A stretch of DNA of 47,083 nt from Betaproteobacteria bacterium RIFCSPLOWO2_12_FULL_64_23 (GCA_001770575.1 MERK01000166.1:1-47083); one strand, 5' to 3'; positions 31,944 to 43,255 are shown, counted from the stretch's first letter. A program made the numbers and translations. The notes: a model not told the origin generated them from the letters alone.

Positions 31944-32127
31944 GCGCGCTGCGCGCGCCAACCGCGTTTTCTGTACGGATAAAAAACGCATCCGTACAGA
32001 AAATGCGGTTATGGATAAAAGCAAAGGCGGTTGGGGGGCTTTTATACAAGATCGTCGATTGCGCACGGATACGTTTTTCATCCGTGCGCAATCGGCGATC
32101 CGTGCGGACGGGCCGCCGTCCGCGCAA
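31944..32127 (+). repeat. Triple-hairpin intergenic repeat, copy C
   Basis: It has the same module order as copy A. The stems differ from copies A and B by paired (compensatory) substitutions and G-T positions. Confidence 0.8.
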
Positions 32128-32177
32128 GCTCTATCGCCGCGGCTCGATGTATCCTCCCGCGTACAGGGAATTGTTTG

Positions 32178-33305
32178 CTATTCCGCAAAGAACTCCTTCA
32201 CTTTGTCCATCCACGACTTGGCGCGCGGGTTGTGCCGGTCCGCGTCCGTCACGTTGATCGCCTCCAGCTCGCGCAGCAGTTCCTTTTGCCGCTCGGTGAG
32301 GTGCACCGGGGTCTCCACCACTACATGGCACAGCAGGTCGCCGTGGGCATGGCTGCGCACGCCCTTGATGCCTTTGCCGCGCAGGCGAAATATCTTGCCG
32401 CTCTGGGTTTCAGCCGGGATCTTGATCCTGGCCGAGCCGGAGAGCGTCGGGATTTCGATCTCGCCGCCCAGTGCCGCGATGGTGAAACCGATCGGCATTT
32501 CGCAGTGCAGGTCGTCGTGATCGCGCTGGAACACCGTATGCGGTTTCAGGTGCAGCTGAACGTATAGGTCGCCCGGCGGCCCGCCGTTGACGCCGGCCTC
32601 GCCCTCGCCGCTCAAGCGGATGCGGTCGCCCTCGTCCACGCCCGCCGGGATCTTGACCGACAGCGTCTTGTGCTGTTTCACGCGTCCGGCGCCCTGACAG
32701 CCGGCACAGGGATCGGATATCACCTTGCCGGTGCCGTGGCACTTGGGGCAGGCCTGCTGGATGGAGAAAAATCCCTGCTGCATGCGCACCTGGCCCTGGC
32801 CGTTGCAGGTCGGGCAGGTCTTGGGCTGAGTGCCCGGCTTCGCCCCCGAGCCGTGGCAGGTCGCGCATTCATCCATGGTGGGAATGCGGATCTTGGTCTC
32901 GGTGCCATGCGCCGCCGCTTCCAGCGAGATCTCGAGGTTGTAGCGCAGATCGGCGCCGCGGTAGACGTTCGACCGGCCGCCGCGCGCCTGGCCGAAGATG
33001 TCGCCGAAAATGTCGCCGAAGGCGTCAGTGAAGTTGGAGAATCCGGCGCCATGGGCGCCAGCCGCCGCGGACGGGTCGACGCCCGCATGGCCGTAACGGT
33101 CGTAGGCGGCACGCTTATCGGCGTCGGAGAGTACCTCGTACGCTTCCTTCGCCTCCTTGAACTTTTCCTCCGCGCCTTTTCCCTTGTCCTCCGGATTGCG
33201 GTCCGGATGGTGTTTCATCGCGAGCTTGCGATAGGCTTTCTTGATTGTGTCGTCGTCCGCGTCGCGATTGACGCCGAGTATTTCGTAGAAGTCGCGCTTT
33301 GCCAT
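32178..33305 (-). CDS. dnaJ: Molecular chaperone DnaJ
   Basis: The J-domain (DFYEILGV...HPDRN), a G/F region and four CxxCxGxG zinc motifs are present. Confidence 0.95.
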   Translation of the reverse strand: MAKRDFYEILGVNRDADDDTIKKAYRKLAMKHHPDRNPEDKGKGAEEKFKEAKEAYEVLSDADKRAAYDRYGHAGVDPSAAAGAHGAGFSNFTDAFGDIFGDIFGQARGGRSNVYRGADLRYNLEISLEAAAHGTETKIRIPTMDECATCHGSGAKPGTQPKTCPTCNGQGQVRMQQGFFSIQQACPKCHGTGKVISDPCAGCQGAGRVKQHKTLSVKIPAGVDEGDRIRLSGEGEAGVNGGPPGDLYVQLHLKPHTVFQRDHDDLHCEMPIGFTIAALGGEIEIPTLSGSARIKIPAETQSGKIFRLRGKGIKGVRSHAHGDLLCHVVVETPVHLTERQKELLRELEAINVTDADRHNPRAKSWMDKVKEFFAE

Positions 33306-33351
33306 AAATTGTGTCAGGAGTGCGGGGTTAGAAGTGAGGAGACAACGGCAA

Positions 33352-33381
33352 AAGGGGCGAGGTTATCACCGCTCGCCCCTT
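33352..33381 (-). other. Intercistronic stem-loop between dnaK and dnaJ
   Basis: The 10-bp stem AAGGGGCGAG/CTCGCCCCTT is followed by only a weak T-run on the transcribed strand. It is probably a partial terminator or processing structure. Confidence 0.4.
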
Positions 33382-33401
33382 AGCGCATTGCCTCTCGCGC
33401 T

Positions 33402-35327
<1,926 letters not shown>

Positions 35328-35364
35328 AGTGTGTTCCTCGATGAGTGAAATGAGCTTGTCAGGA

Positions 35365-35391
35365 ATGTGGGGTTGAATCCCCGCGCTTCAA
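35365..35391 (-). promoter_or_regulatory. Sigma-32 (RpoH)-type promoter upstream of dnaK
   Basis: The minus strand reads TTGAAG-N13-CCCCACAT, against the consensus CTTGAAA-N13/14-CCCCATNT. The -35 element overlaps the grpE stop codon. Confidence 0.65.
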
Positions 35392-35942
35392 GCGTCCTCG
35401 GCCTTCGAAACCGTCACCAGGGCCGGACGGACGACGCGCTCGTGCAGCAGGTAGCCCTTCTGCATCACCTCCACCACCTGGTTGGGCTCGCCCGCGTGCG
35501 CCACCACGGTCATGGCCTGGTGCCTGTGCGGGTCGAATTTCTCGTTGGCCGGATTGATTTCCCGAAGACCGGCCTTTTCGAACACGGCGGTGAGCTGCCT
35601 CAAGGTCAGTTCCACGCCGCTTTTCAAGCCCTCCAGCGAGATGTTTTCAATCGCCAGCGCCGCCTCCAGGCTGTCGCGCACCGGCAGCAGCGCCTCGGCC
35701 AGGTTTTCCACGCCGTACTTGTGCGCGCTGGCGATGTCGATCTGGGCGCGTTTGCGCAGGTTTTCGGTTTCGGCCTTGGCGCGCAGCCAGGACTCCAGGT
35801 TTTCCTGGGCCTTTTGCTCGGCTAACCGCAGCTGCTCCTCCAGACTGGGTGCTGTTTCTTCCATCCCCCCGGGATCGGCTGCAGGCGCGGTTGCGTTATC
35901 GGCCGCCGCGGCCTGGGACTGCTCGGGTTCTTGATCCGCCAT
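35388..35942 (-). CDS. grpE: Nucleotide exchange factor GrpE
   Basis: LRAKAETENLRKRAQ and VMQKGYLLHERVVRPALVTV are GrpE motifs. The start is the ATG at 35942. Confidence 0.9.
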   Translation of the reverse strand: MADQEPEQSQAAAADNATAPAADPGGMEETAPSLEEQLRLAEQKAQENLESWLRAKAETENLRKRAQIDIASAHKYGVENLAEALLPVRDSLEAALAIENISLEGLKSGVELTLRQLTAVFEKAGLREINPANEKFDPHRHQAMTVVAHAGEPNQVVEVMQKGYLLHERVVRPALVTVSKAEDA

Positions 35943-35975
35943 CACTTGCCTCTCGTGTTCCAATGACTTTTCGGC

Positions 35976-36003
35976 AGTTGGGGACAAGTCGGAGGATTTC
36001 AAG
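35976..36003 (-). promoter_or_regulatory. Sigma-32 (RpoH)-type promoter upstream of grpE
   Basis: The minus strand reads CTTGAAA-N13-CCCCAACT, about 35 nt upstream of the grpE ATG. Confidence 0.65.
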
Positions 36004-36107
36004 TGGGGGAGCACGATCTGCTGCAGGCAAAGCGCGCGCGTCCGAGCCCAGGGCAGGTGCGCGCGGCCTGGGGCGGCAGGCGGGTGCGCCCGCCTGCCCG
36101 GCCGGAC

Positions 36108-37199
36108 TCAGGCAGGCGCGCCGAGCGCCGCGGCGCGCCCGCGCGAGCGCTCGAGCTCGTGCGCATCCGGGGCGGGCTCGCCCCAGCCCCGCACATGCTC
36201 GAGGGCGATTTGCGCCAGCGCCCGGATCCAGGCATCGCTTTCGTTGAGGCAGGCGATGGCGTGGAATTCCTTGCCGCCCGCCTTGAGGAATTCGGCCTTG
36301 CCCTCAATGCCGATTTCTTCCAGCGTCTCCAGGCAGTCGGCGACGAAGCCCGGGCAGATCACATCGACACGGCGCAAGCCCTGTTTGCCCCATTGCGCCA
36401 GCGTCGCCGCGGTATAGGGCTGCAGCCACTCGGCGCGGCCGAAGCGCGACTGGAAGCTGAGCTGGTATTGTTCCGGCGCCAGCGCCAGCGCCTCGGCCAG
36501 CAGGCGCGCCGTCTTCCGGCACTCGCAATGATAAGGATCGCCGCGCTCCAGGGTGTAGCGCGGCAGCCCGTGAAAACTCATCAGCAGCTTGTCCGGCTTG
36601 CCATGCTGCGACCAGTGTTTGCGCACGCCCCCGGCCAGCGCCGCGATGTAGGCAGCGTGGTCGTGAAAGTGCTTGACCACGCGCAGCTCGGGAATGTTGC
36701 GCATGCGCCGCAAGCATGCGGATACCGCATCGAAGGTGGTCGCGGTGGTGCTCGCGGCGTATTGAGGATATAGCGGCAGCACCAGAATGCGTTCGCAGCG
36801 CTGCTGTTTCAAGCGCTCGAGCACCGAGTCGATCGAAGGGTCGCCGTAGCGCATGGCGAAATCCACGACCAGCGCGGAGTGGCCCTGTGCGCCCAGATAA
36901 CCGCGCAGAAGCTTTGCCTGGCGCTCGGTATGCAACCTGAGCGGCGATCCGTCCTGGTTCCAAATCTGCGCGTACTTCGCCGCCGATTTGGCCGGCCGCA
37001 GATTGAGGATGACGCCGTTCAGGATCAGCCACCACAGCGGCTGCGGAATTTCGACCACGCGCGAATCCGACAGGAACTCCTTCAAGTAGCGGCGCACCGC
37101 CGCGCGCGTCGGCGCTTCGGGCGTCCCCAGGTTGACCAGCAGGATCGCGGTGCGCGCCGGCGTGCCGTGCGTAAAAGCTGGTTCGGCCAGGAAGGGCAT
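36108..37199 (-). CDS. hemH: Ferrochelatase
   Basis: [41 protein letters not shown] and SFHGLP are present. The start is the ATG at 37199. Confidence 0.92.
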   Translation of the reverse strand: MPFLAEPAFTHGTPARTAILLVNLGTPEAPTRAAVRRYLKEFLSDSRVVEIPQPLWWLILNGVILNLRPAKSAAKYAQIWNQDGSPLRLHTERQAKLLRGYLGAQGHSALVVDFAMRYGDPSIDSVLERLKQQRCERILVLPLYPQYAASTTATTFDAVSACLRRMRNIPELRVVKHFHDHAAYIAALAGGVRKHWSQHGKPDKLLMSFHGLPRYTLERGDPYHCECRKTARLLAEALALAPEQYQLSFQSRFGRAEWLQPYTAATLAQWGKQGLRRVDVICPGFVADCLETLEEIGIEGKAEFLKAGGKEFHAIACLNESDAWIRALAQIALEHVRGWGEPAPDAHELERSRGRAAALGAPA

Positions 37200-37219
37200 G
37201 GACTGTGGCCGCAGAGCGA

Positions 37220-38239
37220 TCAGTTGCTGGAAAGCGCGCTGGAGAGCAGCTTCGCCGTGATGTCGACGATGGGAATCACGCGTTCGTAGGCCATGCGCGT
37301 CGGGCCGATCACGCCCACGGTGCCGACCACCTGTCCGTCCACGCTGTAGGGGGCGGTGACCACGCTGCACTCGTCGAGCACCGAAGCGCTCGATTCTCCG
37401 CCGATGAAAATCTGCACACCTTGCGCGCGCGTGCTCATGTCGAGGATTTGCACGAACAGGGTCTTCTTGTCGAACAAATCGAACAGTTCCCGCAGTCGCG
37501 CCATGTTGGAGGCGAGATCGGTTGAATTGAGCAGGTTTTTCTCGCCGGAGATGACGTAGTTGTCGCTGGTTTCGTTCAAGGCCTGATCGCCCGCTTCCAG
37601 CGCTGCGGTCATGAGCGAGGTCATATCCTGGTGCAGCTGCTTCAATTCCTCCTGCACCCGCCGGCGGATATCGTCGAACGTGAACCCGGCATAATTCTGA
37701 TTGAGGAAGTTTGCCGCCATGATGAGTTGCGCCGGCGTATAGGCCTTCTCGGTAAACAGGATCCGGTTCTGCACGTCTCCGTCCGGCGTGACGATGATGA
37801 GCAGAATGCGCTTTTCCGAAAGCGCGAGAAACTCGATGTGACGGAAGGCGGCGCTTTTGCGCCGTGGCGAGGCCACCACGCCGGCAAAATGGGAAAGCTG
37901 CGACAACAGCAGCGAGGCCGAACTGATCAGGCGCTGCGGGTTGTCCGGATGCAGATTGCCTTCGATCTCCCTCAACTCGACCTGCTCCAGCGGCTTGATG
38001 GTGAGCAGGGTGTCGACAAAAATGCGGTAGCCGCGCGGCGTGGGTATGCGCCCGGCCGAAGTGTGGGGGCTGGAGATGAATCCGAGCTCCTCCAGATCCG
38101 ACATGATGTTGCGGATCGTCGCCGGCGACAGCTCCAAGCCGGAGTAGCGCGACAGGGCACGCGAGCCGACCGGCTGGCCTTCGGCAATATAGCGTTCTAC
38201 CAGGGTTTTGAGCAGAATTTGGGCGCGGCGGTCAAGCAT
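37220..38239 (-). CDS. hrcA: Heat-inducible transcriptional repressor HrcA
   Basis: [29 protein letters not shown] (winged helix) is present, and the full-length 339-aa product has the HrcA pattern. Confidence 0.92.
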   Translation of the reverse strand: MLDRRAQILLKTLVERYIAEGQPVGSRALSRYSGLELSPATIRNIMSDLEELGFISSPHTSAGRIPTPRGYRIFVDTLLTIKPLEQVELREIEGNLHPDNPQRLISSASLLLSQLSHFAGVVASPRRKSAAFRHIEFLALSEKRILLIIVTPDGDVQNRILFTEKAYTPAQLIMAANFLNQNYAGFTFDDIRRRVQEELKQLHQDMTSLMTAALEAGDQALNETSDNYVISGEKNLLNSTDLASNMARLRELFDLFDKKTLFVQILDMSTRAQGVQIFIGGESSASVLDECSVVTAPYSVDGQVVGTVGVIGPTRMAYERVIPIVDITAKLLSSALSSN

Positions 38240-38280
38240 GCAGCTATTCTACCCAATATTTGCTCGTCTCCATCAACACG

Positions 38281-38308
38281 AAATGGGGGCGATGTGGTTT
38301 AATTTCAA
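38281..38308 (-). promoter_or_regulatory. Sigma-32 (RpoH)-type promoter upstream of hrcA
   Basis: The minus strand reads TTGAAA-N14-CCCCATTT, about 40 nt upstream of the hrcA ATG. Confidence 0.65.
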
Positions 38309-38312
38309 CGTG

Positions 38313-39185
38313 ATGCCTCCCGCGTTCAAGACAGTCGCACTGATCGGCCGCTATGACACGGCCGAAATCGCCGACTCGCTGCTCGGTTTGGCGGGCCTGC
38401 TGCAGCAGCGCGGCTGCGCGGTACTGATCGAAAAAGAGACCGCAGCCAATATTGGCGGGAACGGTTTTACCGCGGCAGATTATGCCGCCATCGGCGAGCG
38501 CGCCGATCTCGCCGTGGTGCTGGGGGGGGACGGCAGCATGCTCTCGGCTGCGCGCCATCTGGCCGCCCACGGCGTGCCGCTGGTCGGCGTCAACCAGGGG
38601 CGGCTCGGCTTCATGACCGATATCGCGTTCTCGCACATGCGGGAAACGATCGAGCTGCTGCTCTCCGGCCGCTATACCATCGGCGAGCGCACCATGCTCG
38701 AAGTGCAGGTGCTGCGCGGGGAAAAGGAAATATTCAGCACCCAGGCGCTCAACGACATCGTCGTCAACAAGGGCGGCACCGGGCGCATGATCGAGTTCCT
38801 GGTGCATATCGACGGCCAGTTCGTCTACGACCTGCGCTCCGATGGCATTATCGTGGCGACTCCGACCGGTTCCACGGCGTACGCGCTTTCATCCAATGGA
38901 CCGATCCTGCAGCCCAATGTGCCCGGCCTCGTTCTGGTCCCGGTCTGTCCGCATACGCTGTCCAACCGGCCGATTACGGTGAGCGACCGCTGTGTGATCG
39001 AAATTACCATCAAGCAGCGCGCCGTCGGCGCGCGTCTGCATTTCGACGGCCAGCCGCATTCCGAGCTGGCGGCAGAGGATAAGGTGATCGTGCGCCGCGC
39101 GGCGCATTCCATCCGCTTTGTGCATCCGCCCGGCTACAGCTACTACGCCATGCTGCGCGAGAAGCTGCACTGGAGCGAAATGTAG
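38313..39185 (+). CDS. nadK: NAD(+) kinase
   Basis: The GGDGSML motif and NQGRLGFMTDI are present. The ATG at 38313 gives 290 aa, the usual NadK size. Upstream in-frame starts (38208, 38283, 38292) would overlap the divergent hrcA promoter. Confidence 0.85.
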   Translation: MPPAFKTVALIGRYDTAEIADSLLGLAGLLQQRGCAVLIEKETAANIGGNGFTAADYAAIGERADLAVVLGGDGSMLSAARHLAAHGVPLVGVNQGRLGFMTDIAFSHMRETIELLLSGRYTIGERTMLEVQVLRGEKEIFSTQALNDIVVNKGGTGRMIEFLVHIDGQFVYDLRSDGIIVATPTGSTAYALSSNGPILQPNVPGLVLVPVCPHTLSNRPITVSDRCVIEITIKQRAVGARLHFDGQPHSELAAEDKVIVRRAAHSIRFVHPPGYSYYAMLREKLHWSEM

Positions 39186-39187
39186 AC

Positions 39188-40849
39188 ATGTTGCGGACGC
39201 TCAGCATCCGCGATTTCGTCATCGTCGATTCGCTCGATCTCGAATTCCACTCCGGCTTTACGGTGCTCACCGGCGAGACCGGCGCCGGCAAGTCCATCCT
39301 CATCGACGCGCTGGCGCTGGCCCTGGGCGAGCGCGGCGATGCGGCCGTGGTGCGCGCCGGCTGCGAGCGCGCCGACATCAGCGCCGAGTTCGACATTCAG
39401 CCGCTGCCCGAACTCGTGCAGTGGCTGCGCGCCGCCGAGCTCGAGGGCGATCCCGGTCTGGTGCTGCTGCGACGGGTGATCGACAAGAACGGGCGCTCGC
39501 GCGCTTTCGTCAACGGCAGGCCGGCCACGCAGGGCCAGTTGCGCGAGGCGGGCGAATGGCTGGTCGATATTCACGGCCAGCATGCGCACCAGTCCCTGCT
39601 CAAAGCCGACGCACAGCGTGTGCTGCTGGACGCGCACGCCGGGCTCGCACCACTCGCGGCTCAGGTGGCCGGGGCGTATCGGCAATGGCAGAAACTGGCG
39701 CAGGCGCGCACCGAGTACGAGACCCACGCGGCGCAGCGCAATGCCGAACGCGAGCAGCTGCAATGGCAGGTGCAAGAACTCGAGCAGCTGGCGTTGCAGC
39801 CGGACGAATGGGACGCGGTGCAGGCCGAACACACGCGTCTGGCGCATGCGGCCGGCCTGATCGAGGGCGTGCAGGCGGCGCTGGATACTTTGTCCGAGGC
39901 CGATGCCGCATGTCTGCCGCTGCTCTCGGGCGTGGGCACGCGGCTTGACGCCCTGCTAGTCTACGACGAGCGCCTGCGCGAGGCACTCGAACTGATCCGC
40001 TCGGGCGAGGCGCAGGTGCAGGAGGCGGCGTATGCGCTGCGTCATTACGCGGATCGGCTCGAGCTGGACCCGCAGCGGCTGGCCGCGGTGGAGGCGCGCA
40101 TGCAGGCGATCCACAGCAGCGCACGCAAGTTCCGCCTGGCGCCGCCGGAACTGCCCGAATATCTGCAACAGCTGCAAGCGCGCCTGGCCGAGCTCGAGAT
40201 CGCCTCCAATCTGGAGGTCCTGGTGAAGCAGGAGCAGCAGGCGCGCACGAGTTACTTCGAGCTGGCGGCCAAGCTCGGCGCCGGCAGGAAGAAGGCCGCG
40301 ACCAAGCTCGGCAGGGAGGTAACGCAGGCGATGCAACGGTTTGCCATGGTTGGCGGCAGGTTCGAGGTGGGGCTCAACCCGTGCCCGCCCGAAGGCAGCG
40401 TGCACGGCGCGGAACAGGTCGAGTTTCTGGTCGCAGCCAATCCGGGGGTAGAGCCGCGCACACTCGCCAAAGTGGCCTCAGGCGGCGAACTGTCGCGCAT
40501 CAGTCTTGCCATCCAGGTGATCACCAGCAGGGCGGCGCGGGTGCCGACCCTGATTTTCGACGAGGTGGACGCCGGCATCGGCGGCGGCGTGGCCGAGATC
40601 GTCGGCCGCCAGCTCAAGACCCTGGGGCGCGAGCGCCAGGTGCTGTGCGTGACCCACCTGCCGCAAGTGGCCGCCCAGGCCGACCAGCAATGGTCGGTGA
40701 GCAAATTCGGTATCGAGGGCAGGGTGAAGACCATGGTCTCGGTGCTCGACCAGAAAGCGCGCATCGAGGAGGTGGCGCGCATGCTGGGCGGTACCGAAAT
40801 CACCGCCACCACGCGCAAGCATGCTGCGGAAATGCTGAGTCTGCGCTAA
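39188..40849 (+). CDS. recN: DNA repair protein RecN
   Basis: MLRTLSIRDFVIVDSLDLEF..LTGETGAGKSILIDAL (Walker A), a long coiled-coil middle and SGGELSRISLAIQV / LIFDEVDAGIGG at the C-terminus are present. Confidence 0.95.
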   Translation: MLRTLSIRDFVIVDSLDLEFHSGFTVLTGETGAGKSILIDALALALGERGDAAVVRAGCERADISAEFDIQPLPELVQWLRAAELEGDPGLVLLRRVIDKNGRSRAFVNGRPATQGQLREAGEWLVDIHGQHAHQSLLKADAQRVLLDAHAGLAPLAAQVAGAYRQWQKLAQARTEYETHAAQRNAEREQLQWQVQELEQLALQPDEWDAVQAEHTRLAHAAGLIEGVQAALDTLSEADAACLPLLSGVGTRLDALLVYDERLREALELIRSGEAQVQEAAYALRHYADRLELDPQRLAAVEARMQAIHSSARKFRLAPPELPEYLQQLQARLAELEIASNLEVLVKQEQQARTSYFELAAKLGAGRKKAATKLGREVTQAMQRFAMVGGRFEVGLNPCPPEGSVHGAEQVEFLVAANPGVEPRTLAKVASGGELSRISLAIQVITSRAARVPTLIFDEVDAGIGGGVAEIVGRQLKTLGRERQVLCVTHLPQVAAQADQQWSVSKFGIEGRVKTMVSVLDQKARIEEVARMLGGTEITATTRKHAAEMLSLR

Positions 40850-40886
40850 GCTTGCGAAAACGGCTTGTCTCAACGGCAGGGAGGGG

Positions 40887-41267
40887 ATGGTGCCTGAAAT
40901 CAAATCGTTGAAATCGATGGTCGGCTCGGCGCGGGTAATATCGATGGCGGTGCTGGTCGTGATACTCGTTTGCGCCTATATTGCCTTGGATTTCTATACC
41001 GGCGGGCAGCAGAACGCGAGCATGGTGGAAGGACGCGGCGGCGCCATCGTCGGCGCGCTGTCGGGCTACAAGCGCGAAACCGGCAGCCTGCCTGATGCAC
41101 TGGAGAAACTCGTGCCCAAGCACCTCCCGGCGCTGGCCAAGTGTCCCAACGGCCAGCCCTACGCGTACAAGCCGGCCGGGGCGGAATATACGCTGACCTG
41201 TCAGGACGTGTTGTTCAAGTCCAAGCCTTATCAGTACGATTCGAAATCGGGGGCGTGGGGGGGCTAG
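40887..41267 (+). CDS. Hypothetical small membrane-anchored protein
   Basis: This 126-aa protein has one N-terminal TM segment (VISMAVLVVILVCAYIAL) and a soluble tail with 2 Cys. I recognise no family. The ATG at 40917 is an alternative start. Confidence 0.55.
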   Translation: MVPEIKSLKSMVGSARVISMAVLVVILVCAYIALDFYTGGQQNASMVEGRGGAIVGALSGYKRETGSLPDALEKLVPKHLPALAKCPNGQPYAYKPAGAEYTLTCQDVLFKSKPYQYDSKSGAWGG

Positions 41268-41357
41268 CAACTGCATAAAGGGGCGCAAGGGTGCAGCGGC
41301 TTGGCGCGACAATTCCGGATTTCGCACCGGGCCGGTCCCTGAGACGCACGGCGCGGT

Positions 41358-41386
41358 TTGTGCCGGTCGCCGCTTTGGGCTAGAAT
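41358..41386 (+). promoter_or_regulatory. Sigma-70-type promoter for tRNA-Val
   Basis: TTGTGC-N17-TAGAAT is present, with the -10 element ending 15 nt before the mature tRNA 5' end. Confidence 0.45.
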
Positions 41387-41401
41387 GCGCGTGCATTTAT
41401 T

Positions 41402-41478
41402 AGGCGCGTAGCTCAGCTGGTTAGAGCATCACCTTGACATGGTGGGGGTCGTTGGTTCGAGTCCAATCGCGCCTACCA
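41402..41478 (+). tRNA. tRNA-Val (anticodon GAC), CCA encoded
   Basis: The manual cloverleaf has acceptor AGGCGCG/CGCGCCU, D-arm GCUC/GAGC, anticodon stem UCACC/GGUGG with loop UUGACAU, and T-arm GUUGG-UUCGAGU-CCAAU. It is close to E. coli tRNA-Val(GAC). Confidence 0.95.
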
Positions 41479-41703
41479 AATTTCTCCCGACAGATCAGTC
41501 AAGCAAGGGTCCGCAGAGACTCGCCAGGGGCAGATTTGGGGCAGGTTCGATGGTCGTTCATCGACAATTCTGGAAGCGTTTCAGTCGACTGCGCGACCCG
41601 GTTGCGCGCTGCGGGACCACCGGGAAAGCCAAGCAAATAGCGCGCTCGTACAGTTGTGACGTGTTTTCTTGATCTAGCGCAAACAAAATTAATCTGCGCT
41701 GTG

Positions 41704-42174
41704 GACGCCTGCAAAGTGACGGTAATGCTGATGTTCATCGTCGCCAACGCGCTGCTGTTCGCGCACGTGCTCACCACCGAGCGCATCCCGCAGGTGATCG
41801 CCGGGCAGATCATCGCCTGGGGCATGCCAAGCTGGTAGTTTCTGGTGGTGGTCAACATTCTACTGTTGATCGCCGGCTGCTTCATGGAGCCGACCGGGAT
41901 CGTCCTGATTCTGGCGCCGATCCTGTTTCCGATCGCGATGCGCCTCGGCATCGATCCGGTGCACCTGGGCATCATTATGGTGGTGAACCTGGAGATCGGC
42001 ATGGTGACGCCACCGATCGGCCTCGATCTTTTCGTCACCGCGGGCATCACTCAGATGTCGATCGGCGAGGTCGTGCACGCCGCGCTGCCGTGGCTGTCGG
42101 TGCTGCTCGTGTTCCTGGTGATTGTGACCTACGTGCCGGCAATGACACTTTGGCTGCCGAACCTGCTGTTCTGA
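41704..42174 (+). pseudogene. dctM: TRAP transporter large permease (DctM family) 3' fragment, 5'-truncated with an in-frame TAG at 41836-41838
   Basis: ORFs 41656-41838 and 41845-42174 are in the same frame. Together they read ...MLMFIVANALLFAHVLTTERIPQVIAGQIIAWGMPSW*FLVVVNILLLIAGCFMEPTGIVLILAPILFPIAMRLGIDPVHLGIIMVVNLEIGMVTPPIGLDLF..., which is the C-terminal third of DctM. No DctM N-terminal two-thirds, dctQ or dctP lies upstream. Confidence 0.8.
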
Positions 42175-42247
42175 CCTGACTGCACCCGGCGAGCGTCATT
42201 CGCCCCGTCGCGCTCGCCGACGTATTCGGTACGCTTCGCCGCGTCGC

Positions 42248-43255
42248 CTAGTCCAGCTCGCTGCTGTAGGAGGTCAGTGCCTTCATGTAATTCGCGCGCT
42301 CGAAGGCGGCCGGGTCGGGGCAGGATTGCTGGCTGAGCGAGCCTTTCATCTGCTCGACCGAGTCATATTCGCGCTCGGTCATCCATTTTTCGACGCCGCT
42401 CACCAGGGCCGCAACATGGTTTGGCCCTTTGCGCAGCAGGCTGCTGGCGATCATGACGCAATCGGCGCCGGCGAGCAGCAGCTTGAGCACGTCGTCCGCG
42501 GTATGCGCTCCGCCCGTGGCGGCCAGGCTCGCCTTTACGCGGCCGCGCAGGATGGCGATCCAGCGCAGCGCGAGGCGCAGTTCGTCGGAAGTGGACAGTA
42601 CCAGATGCGGCGCCACCTCGAGTTCGTCGAGGAGGATGTCCGGCTGCACGAAGCGGTTGAACAGCACCAGGCCCGAGGCGCCGGCCGCCGCGAGCCGCGC
42701 CGCCATATTGGCCATGGCGCTGAAGTAGGGGGACACCTTTACCGCCACCGGTATCGAAACCATGCTGCTGACCGACGCCACCAGGTCGACGTAGCGCTTC
42801 TCCACACCGGCGCTGGTGTCGTCGGGGTCGGTGGCGAGGAAGTAGACGTTCAGTTCGATCGCGTCGGCGCCGGCTTGCTCGAACTGCTTGGCGATATCCG
42901 TCCAGCCGCCGGGCGTGCAGCCATTCAGGCTGGGTATCACCGGCACGCCGAGCGCTTGCTTCGCCTCGCCGATCAGCTTCAGATAATTGTCCGGACCGGT
43001 GTTGTAGTGCTGCATTTCGGGAAAGAAACTGCGCGCCTCGGGCGACAGCTCGGCTCCGAACAGCATCAGGTTGTGGGTGGCCATGTCCTCGTGCTCGATC
43101 TGCTCTTCGAACAGCGACGGCAGCACCACGGCGGCAATGCCGGCATCCTCCAGCCGCTTGAGGCTGTCGATCGAACTGGTCATGGGCGAAGCGGCGGCCA
43201 CGACGGGATTCTTGAGCTCCAGGCCCAGATACCGGCTGCGCAGATCGGTGCTCAT
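42248..43255 (-). CDS. Dihydroorotate dehydrogenase-like flavoprotein (PFOR-associated)
   Basis: This 335-aa protein has the DHOD/FMN TIM-barrel pattern (LELKNPVVAAASPMT, NVYFLATDP, VKVSPYF, ATGGAHTADDVLKLLLAGADCVMIAS). Its start overlaps the PFOR stop as ATGA. Confidence 0.8.
   Translation of the reverse strand: MSTDLRSRYLGLELKNPVVAAASPMTSSIDSLKRLEDAGIAAVVLPSLFEEQIEHEDMATHNLMLFGAELSPEARSFFPEMQHYNTGPDNYLKLIGEAKQALGVPVIPSLNGCTPGGWTDIAKQFEQAGADAIELNVYFLATDPDDTSAGVEKRYVDLVASVSSMVSIPVAVKVSPYFSAMANMAARLAAAGASGLVLFNRFVQPDILLDELEVAPHLVLSTSDELRLALRWIAILRGRVKASLAATGGAHTADDVLKLLLAGADCVMIASSLLRKGPNHVAALVSGVEKWMTEREYDSVEQMKGSLSQQSCPDPAAFERANYMKALTSYSSELD

Noticed and set aside
38240-38312. CIRCE (HrcA operator) in the heat-shock cluster, and a sigma-70-like TTGATG...TAGAAT just before the hrcA ATG
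   Set aside because: No TTAGCACTC-N9-GAGTGCTAA-like inverted repeat was found in 32-38.3 kb. The sigma-70-like pair has a 19-nt spacer and a -10 element only 6 nt from the ATG, so it is not convincing.
38900-39190. LexA/SOS box upstream of recN
   Set aside because: No CTGT-N8-ACAG palindrome was found. recN starts 2 nt after the nadK stop, so any SOS control must lie elsewhere or use another motif.
41479-41703. Integrase or prophage attachment site next to tRNA-Val
   Set aside because: No integrase-like ORF is present, and no repeat of the tRNA 3' end occurs within the window. Only the dctM remnant supports a past rearrangement.
42187-42225. Inverted repeat GGCGAGCG...CGCTCGCC between the dctM remnant and the DHOD-like gene as a terminator
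   Set aside because: It has an 8-bp stem with a 15-nt loop and no flanking T-run on either strand. That is too weak to call.
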